DNA of 64,000 bases from Eledone cirrhosa (taxonomy: Eukaryota): assembly GCA_964016885.1 (NCBI GenBank), contig CAXHJY010000268.1:16762-80761 (forward strand), read 5' to 3'. Below are positions 52,276 through 64,000 of the stretch, piece after piece; position 1 is the stretch's first letter, and the number at the start of each line of letters is the position of its first letter. Below the pieces are notes generated by a model, which saw nothing but the letters and a program-made list of their open reading frames with translations, was not told the DNA's origin and made no database searches. A program made the translations under genes and the position numbers.

Positions 52276-52603
52276 ACCTCATTTATTTAGGACTGGATGT
52301 TGTGGTACCAACATAACTTTACATCGAAAGGGGTGGTGTAGATGGGGGTGGGGATAGGGGTAGTGGGACGGGGGTGTATTTTGGTTAAGAGGTGCCTACT
52401 GACTGTAGGTTTCGCTTCTAATATATATATATATACTTACAGTAAATATTGATGCAATTCAATTCAAGCACTCTACGTTTTTTCCACATATGCAGAATCG
52501 TGTGGCCCCTGTCGTCATTGAAATATGTATCACAGTCTTATGAATAAAGGACTTGAACATCTGAAACTACTTTGCATTTTTTTTATTGTGTGTGTGTGTG
52601 TGT

Positions 52604-52745
52604 GTAAAAGGTAAACATATATAATAACACAATCGGTACAGTATATGGAAGGAATATATTAATTTAATGATTGAAATAGCAGGAAGAGGGTCTTAACGTT
52701 TCGGATGCTACTCCTTCATCGGAAGAAAGAATGAAGGGGAGATTG
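52604..52745 (-). mobile_element. PLE-like terminal fragment abutting (GT)n
   Basis: Carries a hammerhead variant; the terminus gtaaaaggtaaaca is shared with 26692-26765. Confidence 0.55.
52691..52726 (-). ncRNA. Minimal hammerhead variant
   Basis: Minus: UCUU CCGAUGA A GGA-guagca-UCC GAAACGUU AAGA. Stem I 4 bp, U4C variant, extra A before stem II, palindromic AACGUU stem III. Confidence 0.6.
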
Positions 52746-52986
52746 TAACATCCAATTACTGTAGGTTCACCAGAGTGAGCACTTGATACATAGAGTACAT
52801 ATATAAAGTTAATTCCACAACAGTTAGCAAACCATTTTCAAAGACACGTTTCTCCTTACGGATTTTCAGCTTGAGTTGAAAATCTATAAGGTGAAACCAA
52901 CTTAATACCGAATTCGTCCCATGGACTGAGTGCTCTACTTACTACAGATATAACCTCCCAGTGTTCTACCACTATATATATATAGT

Positions 52987-53378
52987 GAAGGCGCATGGCT
53001 TAGTGGTTAGAGCATTGGGCTTGCAATCGAAAGGTTGTGAGTTCAATTCTCGGACCGGGTGATGTGTTGTTTCCTTGAGCAAGACACTTTATTTCACATT
53101 GTTCCAGTTTACTCAGCTGTAGAAATGAGATGATAGGACTGGGGTCCCTATCATTCTACTGCAAAGTGGTCGTGGAGGTGCCAGAGCAAAAAAAGCACCC
53201 AGCACTCACTGTAAATGAGGTTGGTGTTAGGAAGGGCATCCAGCTGTAGAAATCAAGCCAGAATCAGTTCCCGTATGAGCAAGTCAAGGTCAGCCGACCG
53301 GACACTGCCCACAATAGGACAACCCATCTAACCCATGCTAGCGTGGAAGAACGGACGTAAAACGGTGATGATGATGAT
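52987..53378 (+). mobile_element. SINE family A, long-tail variant
   Basis: Same head and body; extra ~55 bp before the ccatgctagcgtggaagaacggacgtaaaac tail. Confidence 0.9.
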
Positions 53379-53497
53379 ATCAAGACTACCTAACGGTTTG
53401 TCTTGTCTACTTTCATTATTTTCGTGGGGGTGGGTTGGGGTTTACTACCTTTCATTTTTCTGTATCTATCATTTGTGATCCTGTCTCTACTTTTTGT

Positions 53498-53535
53498 ACC
53501 CCTGAAAAAGGGCTAAAGCCCAACACGTTGAACTT
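53498..53535 (+). other. Decayed hammerhead-like remnant
   Basis: CTGAAAA AGGGC-taaa-GCCC AACACGTT: stem II intact, both core strands mutated. Confidence 0.3.
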
Positions 53536-54235
53536 TCTTTCCCCTTTTCCATATATAGTGCGAAACTAATAAGACTTTTTGTATCTCTGTTTTGTCTTTT
53601 CCTGAAACTATATATGTGTGTGGTGTGTATAGAACAACGAAAACAAGATGTTCCATACACAAACACATAAATGACTCTGTAAACTGGGCGGATCTTCTTC
53701 GAGGAAACCTTAAATGGTGGTCACCTACTACAAAAATTACTGGTCACACAAAAGGTTGTGAGGAGGGCTCTTCGGTTGTGTCAAGGACTTAAGACTGTCC
53801 CTCGTGCTAGTACCATGATATGATACACTACAGGTATAACTCAATATGTGGTCTTTCTACAACTACAGTAGGTTGTAGCCATGTACTAGCAGTAAATAGA
53901 ACATAACTCTAATATTTCCTGTTCAGTCACTTTACATAACTTCATAAATATCAGCAGGAAAATATAAATAGGCAGATCAGCAGATACAAAATATGAAGGA
54001 AGTACATTTTTTAGACATGCTGATATCATCATTGTTGGTCACAATGGAGTTAGTTTTGTGTCTAATTTAGTATATCAGTTACAAGACAATGACGTTTTGC
54101 ACTGCCTGCAATCACCACTGGTATAATCTTAAAGTGCCTGTTTTTAGGGCACAATCAAAGACGCCCAGATAGGGGAATTTTAAAGGAGACCCAGACAGGG
54201 GAATCTTAAAGGAACCTGGCTTAATGTAGTGTCAA

Positions 54236-54450
54236 AGAAGCTCATGGTTTAGTGGTTAGGGAGTTGGATTCACAATTGTGAAGTTCTGAGTTGAGTTCAA
54301 TTCCCAGACTGGGCAATGCGTTATATTCTTGAGCAAGACAATTTATTTCACGTTGCTCCTTCTGCCAGGAGTTGCGACCAATAAATTGTTTCCATGCTCC
54401 AAACCGACCTCACCACACCTGGTAAGTATACAAGGTCTGGGAGCTTGATC
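54236..54450 (+). mobile_element. SINE family C
   Basis: A box TGGTTTAGTGG, B box GAGTTCAATTCC; homolog of 22760-22992. Confidence 0.75.
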
Positions 54451-54458
54451 TTAATCAG

Positions 54459-54898
54459 TTTAAATGTTTCACTACCAGATTTCTAATGAAAGATAATTTT
54501 CAAATCATTTGGAAAATAATCAAGAATTAGGAAGAATTTAATAATATAACTGACTTTCTCATTATTAAGCTGGTGTTTGCTGGAGAAGTAAGGACGAAAT
54601 TGTTGAAGTTTTTTGTGGGAGCCCTACATAAGGAATAGCTAGTAGAGGGCAACAAACCAAGACCTATATCAAGCAGATTTATGATGCATAAACTACAGTC
54701 TCTCTGACCTGCTGAATATGATGAACAATAGAATTGGATGGTGACAGAGAGTCAAGGGAATCCATGCAAGCAGTGTGACCTATTGAATGATTGATTAGAT
54801 CTGAGATAACAGTTCTTAGATAAATATATACACTATAAAATAGTTTTGTTGCATAGAACCAATGGTGGTTTCAGTCAGTTTGGTACGAAAAGGGTTGA
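54459..54898 (+). mobile_element. MITE family 2 interrupted by an RTE-like LINE 3' fragment (~54578-54795)
   Basis: Ends ...ggtacgaaaagggttgaa. The insert translates CWRSKDEIVEV..WEP..SRGQQTKTYIKQI..DLLNMMNNRIGW*QRVKGIHASS. Confidence 0.6.
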
Positions 54899-54915
54899 AA
54901 TATCCTACTATCATA

Positions 54916-55416
54916 GCTACATTAACCAGCAGCCTCTACTCAATAAGACCAGTCACACTCACTGCTACATTAACCAGCAGCCTCTACTCAACAAGACCAG
55001 TCACACTCACTGCTACATTAACCAGCAGCCTCTACTCAACAAGACCAGTCACACTCACTGCTACATTAACCAGCAGCCTCTACTCAACAAGACCAGTCAC
55101 ACTCACTGCTACATTAACCAGCAGCCTCTACTCAACAAGACCAGTCACACTCACTGCTACATTAACCAGCAGCCTCTACTCAACAAGACCAGTCACACTC
55201 ACTGCTACATTAACCAGCAGCCTCTACTCAACAAGACCAGTCACACTCACTGCTACATTAACCAGCAGCCTCTACTCAACAAGACCAGTCACACTCACTG
55301 CTACATTAACCAGCAGCCTCTACTCAACAAGACCAGTCACACTCACTGCTACATTAACCAGCAGCCTCTACTCAACAAGACCAGTCACACTCACTGCTAC
55401 ATTAACCACCAGCCTC
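54916..55416. repeat. 48-bp minisatellite, ~10 near-identical copies
   Basis: Unit ctacattaaccagcagcctctactcaacaagaccagtcacactcactg. Confidence 0.97.
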
Positions 55417-55703
55417 CACACGAAAGATGTTATATACATTCAGGCTTTCCGCTTCATCTCAATATAAATGAGATTACATACCTTAAAACATGAAGTCGAA
55501 TAAATAAATAGAAAACAAAAAGAACACTACACGTAGCGTATAAGAATATATGTGGACATGTGTGTGTATATATATGAATATATGTGTACATGTATGTGTA
55601 TATATATGAATATATGTGTACATGTATGTGTATATATATGAATATATGTGTACATGTATGTGTATATATATGTATATATATATATATATATACACACACA
55701 TAT

Positions 55704-55742
<39 letters not shown>

Positions 55743-55743
55743 T

Positions 55744-55965
55744 GTTTACTCAGCTGTAGAAATGAGATGATAGGGACTGGGGTCCCTATCATTCCACTGT
55801 AAAGTGGTCGTGCAGGTGCCACAGCAAAAAAGCACCCAGCACTCACTGTAAATGAGGTTGGTGATAGGAAGGGCCTCCAGCTGTAGAAATCAAGCCAGAA
55901 TCAGTTCCCGTCCCACCCTTGCAAGCAAGGAAAAAGCGGACGTGAAATGAAATGATGAAAATGAT
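55744..55965 (+). mobile_element. SINE family A, 5'-truncated
   Basis: Matches 26451-26670. Confidence 0.9.

Positions 55966-64000
<8,035 letters not shown>

Noticed and set aside
52441-52560. Minus-strand 120-nt exon bounded by tttcAG and GTAAGT
   Set aside because: Stops in all three frames and a weak pyrimidine tract. It could only be a non-coding exon, and is unsupported without RNA data.

Overview
AT-rich, repeat-saturated animal genomic DNA with no supportable host protein-coding exon. The microsatellite load and SINE/RTE repertoire resemble an octopod cephalopod genome (inference, not database-checked). About 23 kb is compound (TA/CA) microsatellite, and all long ORFs in the track are repeat artefacts. 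The rest holds tRNA-derived SINEs, degenerate RTE-clade LINE 3' fragments, a bipartite non-autonomous RTE element (3 copies), TTAA (piggyBac-type) MITEs, a probable Helitron 5' end and several minisatellites. The main hidden structure is a set of short, mutually unalignable elements carrying minimal type I hammerhead ribozyme motifs of the kind known from Penelope-like element (PLE) pLTRs. Several are arranged as fold-back palindromes, most abut microsatellites, and five ends share a GAGTRCTC-like motif about 40-50 nt from the terminus. Also seen: a candidate HDV-like ribozyme at the 5' end of the bipartite RTE element, a 68-bp satellite amplified from LINE coding sequence, and a 46-bp minisatellite amplified from a SINE A-box. 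All folds and alignments were done by eye.
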